From positions 64,001 to 128,000 of the IMG/VR virus record IMGVR_UViG_3300032268_001078: a stretch of DNA of 64,000 nucleotides. One strand, written 5' to 3'. The translations under genes and the position numbers were made by a program. Below, piece after piece: positions 26,711-37,702 of this stretch. The notes beneath the pieces are model-generated. The model saw only the letters and a program-made list of their open reading frames with translations. It was not told the DNA's origin and did no database searches. The first letter of the stretch is position 1; each line of letters opens with the position of its first letter. This DNA is from a virus.

Positions 26711-28591
26711 TTATGATAATCCACCTGGCCTTTTGGCTGGATCTTTGTCTCGATCTGCTACAAATTTATCTATTTTACTTGCAGCTGCAAAAATAATATT
26801 TGCTAGTTTATTTCTGTCTTGAGTTATTTTTCCGTTTGGATCAATAAATGGTAAGATACTAAAAATTAAATCAGCAAATTCTCTTCTATCGTTGATGTTT
26901 TGTAAATGTTGTGCTAAAGACTTAGTTGCTTCAATAGCATTAGCTGAAAAATTAGTATCAGGTGTAAAAGTTGAATAGTCTTCTTGTACTGTTGTTTGTG
27001 CTGCTTTTGCTGCTTGTTTTTGTTTACCTTTTAACATATTAGCAATAGCAAACAATGCTGATTTTAAACTTGCTTTGTCTTTTCTTAAATTAGCACTAAC
27101 AAATTGACTCATTTGTAAAATTAAATCTCTAAAATCATCAGCAGTATCAATCTTTCCTAATGCTGTTTTTACAGGTGTTGATTGTTCAATATCATTTTTA
27201 ACTGTTTTTACATCAGGAGGAAGTGGTTTTCCATCTACTCCGGTTGGTACTTCTGGTTTTTTGTCTTTATCAGCTGTTGGTTCAGTTGTGTTTATTGGTT
27301 CATCTATAATAGCTGGGTTTTCTTTGGTAGATTCAACATCTTTTAATGATTGATAAAGATCATTCAATGTAGCTGCTCTTGAACTTTTTCTTCCTTTTAG
27401 TCTAGCTAATGCTGTTACAGCACTACCTGCTACTAAAGCAACACCTAATCCACTAGCAACAGTTCCTAACCAACTTCCTGCTGCTGTTGCGCCTTTTTTC
27501 AATAAAATTTTTCCTAAAGATCTAGTTACTAACATGTCTCCAGGACTAGCACCAGTTCCAGCAAATTTACCTTTAAAGAAATCTCCTAAAGTTTTGCTTC
27601 CATCTGCTTTAGTTAATGCTGCTAGAGCTTGACGACCTTGATCTGGATCTTTAAACATTCCATTGTCTGCTGTTAGTCTATCTAGTCCTTCTTTATAGTT
27701 TCCTTCACCAATTTTAGTAATGTGTTCTTTTACATCATCTAAAGAAGCATTTGGACCTAATTGAGGTAAATTCCAATTTTTAGCGGCATTAATTCTATTT
27801 AAAGTTTGAGTTAATCCTTCACCTTTTAATACAGATATTAAATCAGCTTTGTCTTTAAGTAAATCTAATAACCAACTTACTCCACCTAGTGCTCCACCAA
27901 CACCAAATAAAGCTAAAGGTAAATTCCAAGAACGAAGTGTTTTCATTCTATAAGAATCAAATTTTTCTTCACCTTTTCTTCTTTGTAGTAGTTTTTTAGC
28001 ATCTCCTTTACTGTAATTGTCAGTGTCTCCAATTTTTTCTCTTTCTGCTTCGTTTGTTACTGAATATGCTGCTTTTACTTGTCTATCTAATATATCTTTT
28101 ACATATTCTCTTAAATCGGCAATAACAACATTTGCAGCATCAACAGGCATATATTCTTTATCTTCAGGATCTTTTTCAGTAGCATCTACAATACTGTCAT
28201 ATATTTTAGCAATTTCTAAACAACTTTTTAAAAAATCTCGTGCTGATTCATTATTTGGGAATTCAGAATTATATTGTTTAATTCCAGCATCAATTTTTCT
28301 AATAATATCGTTACCTTCTTTTGCTAAAATATCATCGATTTTTTTAATAGCTTCTTGATCTACTTTACCTTTACCAAAAATCTTTCCATTAGCTTTATAT
28401 CTACCTAATTTACTTAAATAGTATTTTGCTTTTTCCCATAAACTTTCATTTAAAGTACCTTCTTTTAATAAAGGATAGCTTTCATTTAACCAAACAATAA
28501 AATCTTCTTTAACAGTTTCAAGAGTTTCTTCTTTCTTAAGACCTGCTAACTTTTGCATTTTTATTACGTCTTCGTTTAATAATTTTTTCAT
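26711..28591 (-). CDS. Candidate internal head or ejection protein, 626 aa
   Basis: N-terminal MQKLAGLK motif shared with the scaffold C-terminus; several L-x-E sites; two hydrophobic Gly/Ala segments; late motif upstream. Confidence 0.5.
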   Translation of the reverse strand: MKKLLNEDVIKMQKLAGLKKEETLETVKEDFIVWLNESYPLLKEGTLNESLWEKAKYYLSKLGRYKANGKIFGKGKVDQEAIKKIDDILAKEGNDIIRKIDAGIKQYNSEFPNNESARDFLKSCLEIAKIYDSIVDATEKDPEDKEYMPVDAANVVIADLREYVKDILDRQVKAAYSVTNEAEREKIGDTDNYSKGDAKKLLQRRKGEEKFDSYRMKTLRSWNLPLALFGVGGALGGVSWLLDLLKDKADLISVLKGEGLTQTLNRINAAKNWNLPQLGPNASLDDVKEHITKIGEGNYKEGLDRLTADNGMFKDPDQGRQALAALTKADGSKTLGDFFKGKFAGTGASPGDMLVTRSLGKILLKKGATAAGSWLGTVASGLGVALVAGSAVTALARLKGRKSSRAATLNDLYQSLKDVESTKENPAIIDEPINTTEPTADKDKKPEVPTGVDGKPLPPDVKTVKNDIEQSTPVKTALGKIDTADDFRDLILQMSQFVSANLRKDKASLKSALFAIANMLKGKQKQAAKAAQTTVQEDYSTFTPDTNFSANAIEATKSLAQHLQNINDRREFADLIFSILPFIDPNGKITQDRNKLANIIFAAASKIDKFVADRDKDPAKRPGGLS

Positions 28592-28614
28592 GATATTATA
28601 ATGATAAATATGTA

Positions 28615-29232
28615 TTATCTTTCAACTTCAGCATATAAAAGCAAATCAGTTAAATAACTTGATAGTCCAGGTATTGATTGTTCGGCTTGTTGTATTGATC
28701 TTTTATTTGAGTCTATAATACCCCCTCTTATAAGAATATTATTTTGTTTTTCATCAAATAAGGGTCCTCGTATTTTCCACAATACTTCACTAAACCAATA
28801 ATAGTCTTTATCTATAGAATTAACAATACTAAAATACTCATTTTTACTGGTTTCTCCAAATGTTAAACCACTTGAAAGTTTATATCTAAAAATATATCTT
28901 GTATAGTAACTTATATTATAATCGTCTTGAGATGGAGGTAAACTATTATTTTTTGGAAGTTTAATAGTATTTATAGAACTTCTAGTTTTTTTTAATAAAT
29001 CATCATATTCTGCTGGTGTAGCTTCATAAGTGTTTATTGAAGGATCTATAGTTGTGTTGGGTGGTTGACTTAAACTTAGTGAGTTTATTGTGTGAGTTTT
29101 TTCAGTCCATATACCACCGTATAAATCTCTATGATAATAACCAACATAATTTATTCCTGTAGATTGAATTATAAATTCTCCACCATCTGTGTAGTAAACT
29201 GTTGGGTCTAGTTTGCCTAAAGGAATATACAT
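28615..29232 (-). CDS. Hypothetical baseplate-region protein
   Basis: Coupled to the hub gene; YYTDGGEF...YVGYYH and DSNKRSI; assignment mainly from position. Confidence 0.5.
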   Translation of the reverse strand: MYIPLGKLDPTVYYTDGGEFIIQSTGINYVGYYHRDLYGGIWTEKTHTINSLSLSQPPNTTIDPSINTYEATPAEYDDLLKKTRSSINTIKLPKNNSLPPSQDDYNISYYTRYIFRYKLSSGLTFGETSKNEYFSIVNSIDKDYYWFSEVLWKIRGPLFDEKQNNILIRGGIIDSNKRSIQQAEQSIPGLSSYLTDLLLYAEVER

Positions 29233-32200
29233 TATTTTATATTAAATGTTCTTTTAATAAAGTTATTTTTTAAAGTTTGATCTCTTTTATTATCATTTAA
29301 ATCAACCGTGAATGTATTCATCCAACTTTTATAAATATTAATTTGATTAGCAGCATCCGATGCAAATAGATTATTTCCAGTTTGTTTTACTTTATAGTGA
29401 AACATCATAGATTTAGAAGCACTAATGTCAAAAGCTGAACCATTGAAAATAGGTGTAAATGATGTTAATGGTGTTCTATTAGGTAACAACAAACCATAGT
29501 ATGTACTTTTTAATTGATTTCCTATATTCCTACCTCCAATAATACTTTCAAGATTTTTTCTAAGTAATATATAATCTATTACATCAGCTGTTGTTCCTGT
29601 TCGTTTTTTTATTACATTTCCTCCTATAAAAAATGGATAATAATAAAATATATCAATATTTTGTGCTATTTTTTGTTGAATATCAACTATTGTATTAAAA
29701 TATTTATTGCTTGAATCTGTTTTAGCTAATTCTTTTAAAACATTAATATAAGTTGTGTCTGATGTTATTTTTGTATTTAATATATTTGTACTTCTATTAA
29801 CTTCTTCTCGTTCAACCCATTTTTGAAAAAAACCAAAAAACTGATCTATTCCATAGTTTTTAGTAAGTACAGTTCCATTATCTTGAGAAAACCCTATTGC
29901 TGTGTCTCCACTTCCTATTCTTGTGTAGTTATATTCAAAGTGTTCTTTAGTTAGTAGTGATTTCCATGAAGTATAACCAAAATACGGATCTAAAGTAGCG
30001 GATGTTTGATTTGGTCGTGAAAAACTTTCTAAAATTGCTGAAAATGAACTTCCTTCCTGACTTACTGAGAATAATAATAATGATTTAAATGCTTGATATT
30101 CAAGAAAATCTATAAGTACTGGGTATAATAATGCTAATTTTATACCTTCTCCTACAAATGATTCAAATCCTTTTCTAGTGATATTATTTGATAAAACATG
30201 TTTTCCATCAGCATTATAAAATTTACTATCATCTAAAATACAAATTTGAGTTTCTAAACTAGTTTCCCAATCATTTTTAGTTAAAGTATGACTAATATCT
30301 GTAATAACAAAACCTAAATTTTTATCAATATAATTTTTAGGTAAAACATTAGGATTAACTTTGAATATTTGACCTACTACAATTCCTCCAATTCCATCTA
30401 ATGTTATTTTTAATTTAAAGGGAATTAGTGCTTTAAAATTTAATTCTCCATCAAATCTTAATAAAAACTGTTTTAAAAATGTGTATGGAATAGTTCCATT
30501 AGTTTGAGTCTCAATTTCAAACTTTTTAGTTGAATCTCCAATTACATAATCCTTTAAATAAAGCAAAAAATCAAATGTTTTTTGATAAATAGGATCAGTT
30601 GCACTTCCATCTGGTTGGGTAATTTCTTCTCCTTGCCATTTTTGTAAAGCTATTCTATCTGTTAAACCAGCATTTAAATAAACTTGTGTAGAGTTATAAA
30701 CATCTCCTAAATTTGCACGACTTTGTGCAGCAATTGCTATAATAGTTGATTGTTCGGGGAATATTTGTGATTCTATTGATACATTTCTACAAATACTTCC
30801 TAATCCCATTAAATCAAACTCATATTTAGGTTTAGCATTTCTTTCTAAATAATAAAGATCTATTAGTTTTATTTGATTTTGATCTCTTCCTATAGTACTT
30901 AAACCAAAGTTATTAAGACCACCCATAGCATTTGATATTTTTTTTAAAATACTATTAACATATGTCATAAAATTAACACCATCATCACTAGTATTATTTT
31001 TAATAGATTTATATTCACCCAATAATAAACTTAAATTAACAAAAATATTTCCAATATAACCAGCTTTTAAATTATCATCATAAAACTCAGGTAAATTTCT
31101 AGGATTTCCATTAGCATCTGTAACTTGTGGTTGAATACCTGGACCTGTATATGATCCTAAATTAAGATAACTTAATTCAGTACTAAATGCTTTTGAATTT
31201 CTTACTATACAAATACTAGGATCAGTAGATATAGTATCAGATCCTGCTAAACATAAGTCAGAATTAGTAAATGTATCATCTTTAGGAGGAATAATTTTAA
31301 TTAAATAATCAGTTTTTGTTGTTTTATTATTAGTTGTTTTAAAGTTAAAATAAGCAGCCATAATAGCAAACCAAACATCTAAACTTATATATTCATAATA
31401 TGTTCCATTATCAGAAGCATTTTCTTTAGACTCATTATTTACTATATTTTGAAGTAATGGTTGATTATCCAAATATTTAGCATACTTATCAAAATCAGCT
31501 GTTATTAATTTTGCTTTAATATCTTCAATAGGAATAGCATTTTCAGCTGCTCTCCAAGTTCCTCTATATTCGTCTTCATTAATAGCATAAACCTTATCAC
31601 CATCTGTATTATATATTTTTTCTAAATAGGGAAAGTTTTTTGTTTCTGATAAGAATTTTAATGATAATAGTATATTTTCATATTCATCATATGAGTATGA
31701 CTTAATTGATGGATCATTTATATTAAATGTACCAATATTTTTAGTATTATTTGAATTAACTGATATTTTTAAGCTATTTATAACTTCTCCCATTGAAATA
31801 AGAGTAGTTTGACATTCATAACCACCATTAGACATCATTTTCCAACTAAAGTTTTTAATGTAACCTAACATTCCATCATAGTTGTGGCGATATTTTACTC
31901 TTAAGGTTTCTAATTTATCATAAACATCTTGTTGAGATAAGTTGTCAAAAGGATTAATAGTTATACCATTAAAAACCTGAGATTTTATTTTGTCTGAGGT
32001 TAATTTTTTTACTGATTTATCATCATCATAGTCTAAATACTGAGACCATCCCCACTCAAGTAATACTGAGTATCCTGGTCTCATAAATAAAAGTTCTAAT
32101 TCATTTAGTTGGTTTATGTCCCAAGCATAGAATTTTATTGTTGTTTCAAATAAAGAACCATATGCTGATTTAGTATGCATGTTAACATCTATAATTCCAG

Positions 32201-32642
32201 GCATTGGCCTAATACCATATACTTGATAATAATCCTTATCTACTGTGTTATTTGCGCGTACATCTATATTACCACCATAGACGCTGTTTTTTTGAGCTAT
32301 TCCGTATCTTTGTGATGCTTCTACTATATTGGTTCCGTTGTTAGATTTAGTATAAAGTGTTCCACCTTCTAAAATATATTTTTTACTTAGTTGATTTCCG
32401 TTGTAGCCACCATCAGGTTTTACACCAATGTTTCCAGCACCATTAAAAGTTAGGTCTTTTCCTGAAGTGAAATTGACAAAACTAGTCATTCTTACCCAAG
32501 AATTTTTACTTAAATAAAACGGTAATAAATTATTTCTGTTGTTATTATTAATAGTACCAGATGAATTTCCTGCTATTACGTTTGTTCTAGCCTGTAACTG
32601 AGTTTGTATAGACTCTGCTATTGTTTCTTTGAATATGCTCAC
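29232..32642 (-). CDS. Large baseplate hub / tail-associated protein (GTG start)
   Basis: GIRPMPGI...G.L...IKF.AW...Q...L..LFMRPGYSVLLEWGW, YDGMLG.IKNF.W and LDGIGGI..G..F; located in the baseplate block. Confidence 0.65.
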   Translation of the reverse strand: MSIFKETIAESIQTQLQARTNVIAGNSSGTINNNNRNNLLPFYLSKNSWVRMTSFVNFTSGKDLTFNGAGNIGVKPDGGYNGNQLSKKYILEGGTLYTKSNNGTNIVEASQRYGIAQKNSVYGGNIDVRANNTVDKDYYQVYGIRPMPGIIDVNMHTKSAYGSLFETTIKFYAWDINQLNELELLFMRPGYSVLLEWGWSQYLDYDDDKSVKKLTSDKIKSQVFNGITINPFDNLSQQDVYDKLETLRVKYRHNYDGMLGYIKNFSWKMMSNGGYECQTTLISMGEVINSLKISVNSNNTKNIGTFNINDPSIKSYSYDEYENILLSLKFLSETKNFPYLEKIYNTDGDKVYAINEDEYRGTWRAAENAIPIEDIKAKLITADFDKYAKYLDNQPLLQNIVNNESKENASDNGTYYEYISLDVWFAIMAAYFNFKTTNNKTTKTDYLIKIIPPKDDTFTNSDLCLAGSDTISTDPSICIVRNSKAFSTELSYLNLGSYTGPGIQPQVTDANGNPRNLPEFYDDNLKAGYIGNIFVNLSLLLGEYKSIKNNTSDDGVNFMTYVNSILKKISNAMGGLNNFGLSTIGRDQNQIKLIDLYYLERNAKPKYEFDLMGLGSICRNVSIESQIFPEQSTIIAIAAQSRANLGDVYNSTQVYLNAGLTDRIALQKWQGEEITQPDGSATDPIYQKTFDFLLYLKDYVIGDSTKKFEIETQTNGTIPYTFLKQFLLRFDGELNFKALIPFKLKITLDGIGGIVVGQIFKVNPNVLPKNYIDKNLGFVITDISHTLTKNDWETSLETQICILDDSKFYNADGKHVLSNNITRKGFESFVGEGIKLALLYPVLIDFLEYQAFKSLLLFSVSQEGSSFSAILESFSRPNQTSATLDPYFGYTSWKSLLTKEHFEYNYTRIGSGDTAIGFSQDNGTVLTKNYGIDQFFGFFQKWVEREEVNRSTNILNTKITSDTTYINVLKELAKTDSSNKYFNTIVDIQQKIAQNIDIFYYYPFFIGGNVIKKRTGTTADVIDYILLRKNLESIIGGRNIGNQLKSTYYGLLLPNRTPLTSFTPIFNGSAFDISASKSMMFHYKVKQTGNNLFASDAANQINIYKSWMNTFTVDLNDNKRDQTLKNNFIKRTFNIK

Positions 32643-32650
32643 GACTTTTA

Positions 32651-32947
32651 TTAAGGATTAAGTTTGTCAAAATCTTGTAAAATTTTAGTTAAATCTTGTG
32701 GAATTCTTAATTGTATTCCAATAGGAGGATACAATGAATCACGATTTAACTCATTTGCTATTTGGAAAATCCAATATAATGTTGGATCTCCATAAAATTG
32801 TGTTGCTAAATTATCTAATCTGTCTCCTTGTTGTGTAATAATATACACATCATTAGTAGACTCAACAATAAAAGGATACTTTGTTGAAGCAAAATATCTT
32901 GGTCCTTTTGGTTCTTTTAAAATATTATTTAAAGGATATCTATTCAT
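32651..32947 (-). CDS. LysM-domain baseplate protein (tail X / gp53-like)
   Basis: GDRLDNLATQFYGDPTLYWI...AN...G.QLRIP. Confidence 0.8.
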   Translation of the reverse strand: MNRYPLNNILKEPKGPRYFASTKYPFIVESTNDVYIITQQGDRLDNLATQFYGDPTLYWIFQIANELNRDSLYPPIGIQLRIPQDLTKILQDFDKLNP

Positions 32948-34764
32948 TATTGAGCTGGTGTAGTGTTAATTTTTATTGTTGTGTCTTTACCATTTACAGA
33001 AACTCCATTTTCATCTGTTGATATTCTCAATCTAGTTTGAGGTAAATAACGATTTGGGAAACCTTGTCTAAAATCAGGAGTAATAAATGTTGCAGTATGG
33101 TCCTTATCTCTTTTATTTTTCTTAGGTAAGAAGCTATGAATAGGTTTAAAGGCCATTGAAATTTTCATGTATTTTGGAACTTCGTGTTGAGAAGCATCAC
33201 CTAAACTTGTAGTTCTAAGTTCAGGTTCATTTATTGCTATTTCCCAAGGTGCTGTTAATAAATCACTAACATTTAATGAAGTAAATACACCAGGTTGTTG
33301 GTAAATATAATCTCCTATTGTTAAATATGCATAATTTCCTCTCATTTGACCTTTACTGGTATAATCAGGAGCCATATTAGACATTAAGTAATTTAATTTA
33401 GTGTAAATAGCAGGCATTTCTGCTGCTGAGTGAGCATATAAATAAAAACTAAAGTTAATGTCTCTTTTAAAACCTTCATATGTGTAAAAAGGCTCACCTC
33501 TTCCCATATAATTAAATTCTTTCCAAGTAGATGAAAAATTATCTGAAATATCAGCTAAATATGCTCTAAATGCTAATACATCTGTATTTTGGGTAGGTGC
33601 TACACCATTTGTTGTTGATGTAGGCCAAACCGGTTGATCATTGTTTAAAAATTCTATTCTAAATTTAATAATGTCTCTAGCATAGTTACCAGATATTTTC
33701 TTTGCTACTTCAGTAGCATTAAATAATCCAGTGTATATTTGATTTATATCTTTAATACCAGCTTTTTTAGCTGAGTTTGAATTATTATAAAATGTAGATC
33801 TAGGAGTGATAGTTAACATGTTTATGCTATCTATAGTATTAGGACTACCAATATTTGAATTATTACTAGTAACACCTACTCTACGATGAACATTTTTAGT
33901 AATATAATTATTTCCTTTAAATTTTCCTTTATATTCGGTAAAATCAACTGGGTATTTGGCTAAATTTGATTCTTCTGTTTCAGTTAATGAATTTTTAGTA
34001 ATATATTTACTATTTTCTCGAATATCTTCATAAGACCAAGGTATAAACCCATTAGTAGAACTATTAGTTTCAGATGATGGATTATATATTTTATCTGTAG
34101 AAAAATCATTTCTATTTAAAAAATTTGATCCAGCTACTGCTTTAGTTTTTCCTAGACCTAAATAAGAATCAGGACCACCATTATATTGAGATAATGTCCA
34201 ACTTCCAGCGCCTCTATTATCATCCATCTTATCTTTATATAGAGTTAATCTAGATATAAAGTTATTATCATTATCACCTGTATTAGCATATAAATAACTA
34301 CCAGGAATAAGATCTGTATTACTAAATGTTGGTTTTAAACCATGTCTGTCAAAGTGTAGTCCAAAAGCATTTCCACCAGCTGCTGCTAATGGGCCAACAT
34401 AGTCAAAAAGTTGAGTATCTATTACTTTACTACTAGTTGTAGCTATTGTATATGAAGTATTTGGATTACTAAATTGTAGTCCACTTTGTTTTACTAAACT
34501 TAATACTCCATTAGTACTTAGTAAAAATTTACCTAGTCTTACTTCGTCTAAAGCGGTAGCGGTTATAGCATTGTATAGTCCTCCTCTAATAAGTCCATCA
34601 TCAAATTTTTCAAATGGACCATCTCCTTCAACAGGAGCAGGAATATGTGTTTGACCAGCTAAGGTAACTGTTTCTTGAGTTGTAGAGACACCAAAGACAT
34701 CATAAACTCTAGTGAATTTACCCGATAGTGATTCCTCATATAGTTCCCTTAAGCTTTTAGCCAT
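32947..34764 (-). CDS. Baseplate / tail-tube initiator-like protein
   Basis: C-terminal FRAYLADISDNFSSTW....YMGRGEPFYTY.GF.R.I.F.F...A pattern typical of contractile-tail tube initiators. Confidence 0.6.
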   Translation of the reverse strand: MAKSLRELYEESLSGKFTRVYDVFGVSTTQETVTLAGQTHIPAPVEGDGPFEKFDDGLIRGGLYNAITATALDEVRLGKFLLSTNGVLSLVKQSGLQFSNPNTSYTIATTSSKVIDTQLFDYVGPLAAAGGNAFGLHFDRHGLKPTFSNTDLIPGSYLYANTGDNDNNFISRLTLYKDKMDDNRGAGSWTLSQYNGGPDSYLGLGKTKAVAGSNFLNRNDFSTDKIYNPSSETNSSTNGFIPWSYEDIRENSKYITKNSLTETEESNLAKYPVDFTEYKGKFKGNNYITKNVHRRVGVTSNNSNIGSPNTIDSINMLTITPRSTFYNNSNSAKKAGIKDINQIYTGLFNATEVAKKISGNYARDIIKFRIEFLNNDQPVWPTSTTNGVAPTQNTDVLAFRAYLADISDNFSSTWKEFNYMGRGEPFYTYEGFKRDINFSFYLYAHSAAEMPAIYTKLNYLMSNMAPDYTSKGQMRGNYAYLTIGDYIYQQPGVFTSLNVSDLLTAPWEIAINEPELRTTSLGDASQHEVPKYMKISMAFKPIHSFLPKKNKRDKDHTATFITPDFRQGFPNRYLPQTRLRISTDENGVSVNGKDTTIKINTTPAQ

Positions 34765-35078
34765 TAATAGCGACCTTCAGCTGGACCTTTAGAACTGTAT
34801 GGACCCCAAGGAGCCGGTTTACCCGCACCACTTGAACCAAAAGCTAATTGAGTACTTCTAGTGAAATAAGCATAACCTGGAATTTGTGTTGAAACCCTAC
34901 CAGTAATCAAATCTTGAGATTTAGATAAAGTATTTGAAATAGGTAAAGTAGTTCTTGCCTGAATTTCAGATGTGTATTTTTGACCTAAATTTTCAAATGT
35001 AGGTCCTGGAATACCTAATAATCCATATCTGCTTGTATTAAGCGGGTCTAATAATCTGTCTCTTAATGAATATGCCAT
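34764..35078 (-). CDS. Hypothetical late protein
   Basis: ORF with a late motif upstream; C-terminal Y..KGP.EGRY. Confidence 0.55.
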   Translation of the reverse strand: MAYSLRDRLLDPLNTSRYGLLGIPGPTFENLGQKYTSEIQARTTLPISNTLSKSQDLITGRVSTQIPGYAYFTRSTQLAFGSSGAGKPAPWGPYSSKGPAEGRY

Positions 35079-35100
35079 AGTTAGTGTTTATTGATAAATA

Positions 35101-37419
35101 TTAAACCCAGTTAGAAGAATAACTTTGTTTTTGGTATTGAGTTGCCGATTTTCCTATTTGTTGACCGTTTTGATTAATTGTAGATTCACTCTTAACATAA
35201 ACATTAATTTCTTTATTATTATTATTTGATGTAGGAACGTTTATTCCACCAACTCCGCCACCACCACTTGGAGCAGCTATGTTTGTTTCACCTCCAGACG
35301 CTGCATTGATTGCAGCATATGCTACTCCGGCTGCTGCTAATGCTACTAATATACCAGTACCGACTGTTAAGAAAGAAGTTGTTAATGCTGCTTCAGCAGC
35401 CACACCACCAAATTGAACAAGAACTGGAGCTAATTTTAATGCCATGTCTACTAATCCTCCTACCATCTTAACAGCTATAATAGTACCTATAGCAACTATA
35501 ATTCCTTTTAAAGTATTAGCACTACTTACTAATTTAGCAAATTTATCCATCATTGTTCCTAAAGGACCATTAGCTAAAATAGCAATTCTTTCTTGAAGAT
35601 TTTCTACTAATGAATTAAAGCGTTCTTGGTTTGATATTTGAGTAGCTTGGGCTACTAATTGTTCACCGTTTTGAGCTTGAGCTAATTCTGCATTTAATTT
35701 TGAATAATCACCAGTTCTACCTGCTTCTCTAGCCATTTCTTCAAATGCTGCTTTAGATTCAAGTGTAGTTCCTGCTAAAAGTTTTTGTTGTTTTAACATA
35801 TCAGCCATTTCATCTGCTGATAATCCTATAGATTCTGCTAATGATTTTTGTTGAATTACGTTTAAATTTTGAAATTCTTCTAAACTTCCTACTTGATTTA
35901 CTAATTCTTGAGCAGCTTTAGCGGTTTCACCTCTTAAAGCTAATTCACGAGCTTGTTCAAGATTTAATGCTTTACCGGTTAATAATTCTGCTTTTAATTC
36001 ATTTTCAATACTAGTCTCGAAACTTAATAAACTATTTGCCATCTTAGCGGCTTGTTCAAAACTAAGTCCTAATTTTTGTACTTGAATTACAGCTTCAGCT
36101 ATTCTTTTAGGGTCATTGCTGTATTGAGCTGATAATTGTCCTCCAACTTTAGCTACATCTGATAAAACTTTTCTATAATCTAGTGTTATTCCTGTAGCTT
36201 TTCTTAAATTTACTACTTGATTACCTACTTCTACATTTACATCATGAGCACTTTGTTGGTTTAGTTTACCCAAACCATAAAGTTTAGCACCTTCAGCCGC
36301 TTGTAAACCCATTCCCTTAACGATCTCAATTTGATCTAAACGTGATTTAGCAGTAAATAAGGCTCCAGTTCCTAAAGCTTCATTTAATTGGTTATTTGCT
36401 TCTACCTGATTTTTTACACTTGCTAAAACACTGTCTACATTTTTGTTTATATTAGAAACATTGTCAGCTGCTGTTAAAAAACCTTCAGATACAGTTCTAG
36501 CTCCATCTTTTGATATTTGTAAACTTTTACTTAAGTTAGTTACTAAACTGTCAAATTTTAAAACATTTTCTAAAATCTTTTTAAAACTAATTCCTATGTT
36601 TTCTAATTGGTTATCAAGAAATTTAAAAGCTCCACCAAATATTGGAGAATCTCTTAATTTTTTATTGTAAAATTCTACTTTTCCTGTTAATTTATCCCAA
36701 CTACCTAAATTTTTATTTAGAGCATCAAATTCTTTACCATGATTAGTTATAATATTACGACCAATATCCATTTGTTTTTGGTATTTAGCTAATTTTTGTA
36801 ATAATAATTTATCTTCGTCTGTTATATTTTGAAGACTAGTAAAACTTCCATCGTTAATATCACTTACAGCTTTTAATTGTTCATTAAGAATATCTACTTT
36901 AGCTTGTTGTGATAAAGCATCTTCTTGAGCATTTTGTACAGCAGTTGCTGTAACGCCATTTAATCCTCTTGCTAAATCTTTTTCTAGTATTTTAGCTTCA
37001 TTTTGTTTTGCTTCTAATTCAGCAATTTCTTCTGTTATTTTATAACGAGCTGTTAAACCATCTACATATTGTTGAGCAGCTTTTTGACCATCTGTGCTAA
37101 GCTTACTTTGTATATCTTTAGATTTTTCTAAACCAACCTTATATAAATTTTGAGCTTTATTAATTTTTTCTTGTAATTCTGCAAATCTTAAACCAGATTT
37201 TTCATTATCTTTGAGTGCTTCTAATTGTTGTTTAATAACTTCTACTAAATTTTTAGAATCATTAACAGATTTTTTCATAGAATCACCAAGGGCTTGATAT
37301 TGACCTACTAAAGCTTTAGCAAGATTTTCTTGAATACCAATTTCAGTGTTTAAATCTTGGGAGTATCCTAACCGCTGTCTTTCAATACCAATGTCTTCCC
37401 TGCCAAATTGTTCAACCAT
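35101..37419 (-). CDS. Tape measure protein
   Basis: Helical Ala/Leu/Gln/Glu-rich sequence; SLLSFETSIENELKAELLTGKALNLEQARELAL; hydrophobic C-terminal helices; follows the tail chaperone. Confidence 0.85.
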   Translation of the reverse strand: MVEQFGREDIGIERQRLGYSQDLNTEIGIQENLAKALVGQYQALGDSMKKSVNDSKNLVEVIKQQLEALKDNEKSGLRFAELQEKINKAQNLYKVGLEKSKDIQSKLSTDGQKAAQQYVDGLTARYKITEEIAELEAKQNEAKILEKDLARGLNGVTATAVQNAQEDALSQQAKVDILNEQLKAVSDINDGSFTSLQNITDEDKLLLQKLAKYQKQMDIGRNIITNHGKEFDALNKNLGSWDKLTGKVEFYNKKLRDSPIFGGAFKFLDNQLENIGISFKKILENVLKFDSLVTNLSKSLQISKDGARTVSEGFLTAADNVSNINKNVDSVLASVKNQVEANNQLNEALGTGALFTAKSRLDQIEIVKGMGLQAAEGAKLYGLGKLNQQSAHDVNVEVGNQVVNLRKATGITLDYRKVLSDVAKVGGQLSAQYSNDPKRIAEAVIQVQKLGLSFEQAAKMANSLLSFETSIENELKAELLTGKALNLEQARELALRGETAKAAQELVNQVGSLEEFQNLNVIQQKSLAESIGLSADEMADMLKQQKLLAGTTLESKAAFEEMAREAGRTGDYSKLNAELAQAQNGEQLVAQATQISNQERFNSLVENLQERIAILANGPLGTMMDKFAKLVSSANTLKGIIVAIGTIIAVKMVGGLVDMALKLAPVLVQFGGVAAEAALTTSFLTVGTGILVALAAAGVAYAAINAASGGETNIAAPSGGGGVGGINVPTSNNNNKEINVYVKSESTINQNGQQIGKSATQYQKQSYSSNWV

Positions 37420-37435
37420 GTCAATAAATATTTAG

Positions 37436-37702
37436 TTATTTTTTCTTTATAGAAGATACAATATCCGGTTTAAATCGCGATATATCTGGTGTAGACTTAG
37501 AAGAATTTGATCCTTTAGCTGCAGCTTCTTCAGCTTCTGCTTTTTTCTTAAGAAATTCATTGATTTTATGAATATGATATCTTCTGTTAGATATAGGCAT
37601 GTCCCATACTTCACTCCATATGAAACCTCCTCCGCCATGATAAACTAAATCATGGACCTCATTCATAAAAATTGGTCTATAGTGTAATGTCAGGCCAAAA
37701 AA
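37436..37702 (-). CDS. C-terminal 'T' part of the tail assembly chaperone, probably expressed by frameshift
   Basis: Track ORF 37436..37666. The frame stays open up to the U7 run (FFGLTLHYRPIFMNEVHDLVYHGGGG) and is closed by a TGA one codon (GCT) before it. Confidence 0.7.
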   Translation of the reverse strand, partial: FFGLTLHYRPIFMNEVHDLVYHGGGGFIWSEVWDMPISNRRYHIHKINEFLKKKAEAEEAAAKGSNSSKSTPDISRFKPDIVSSIKKK

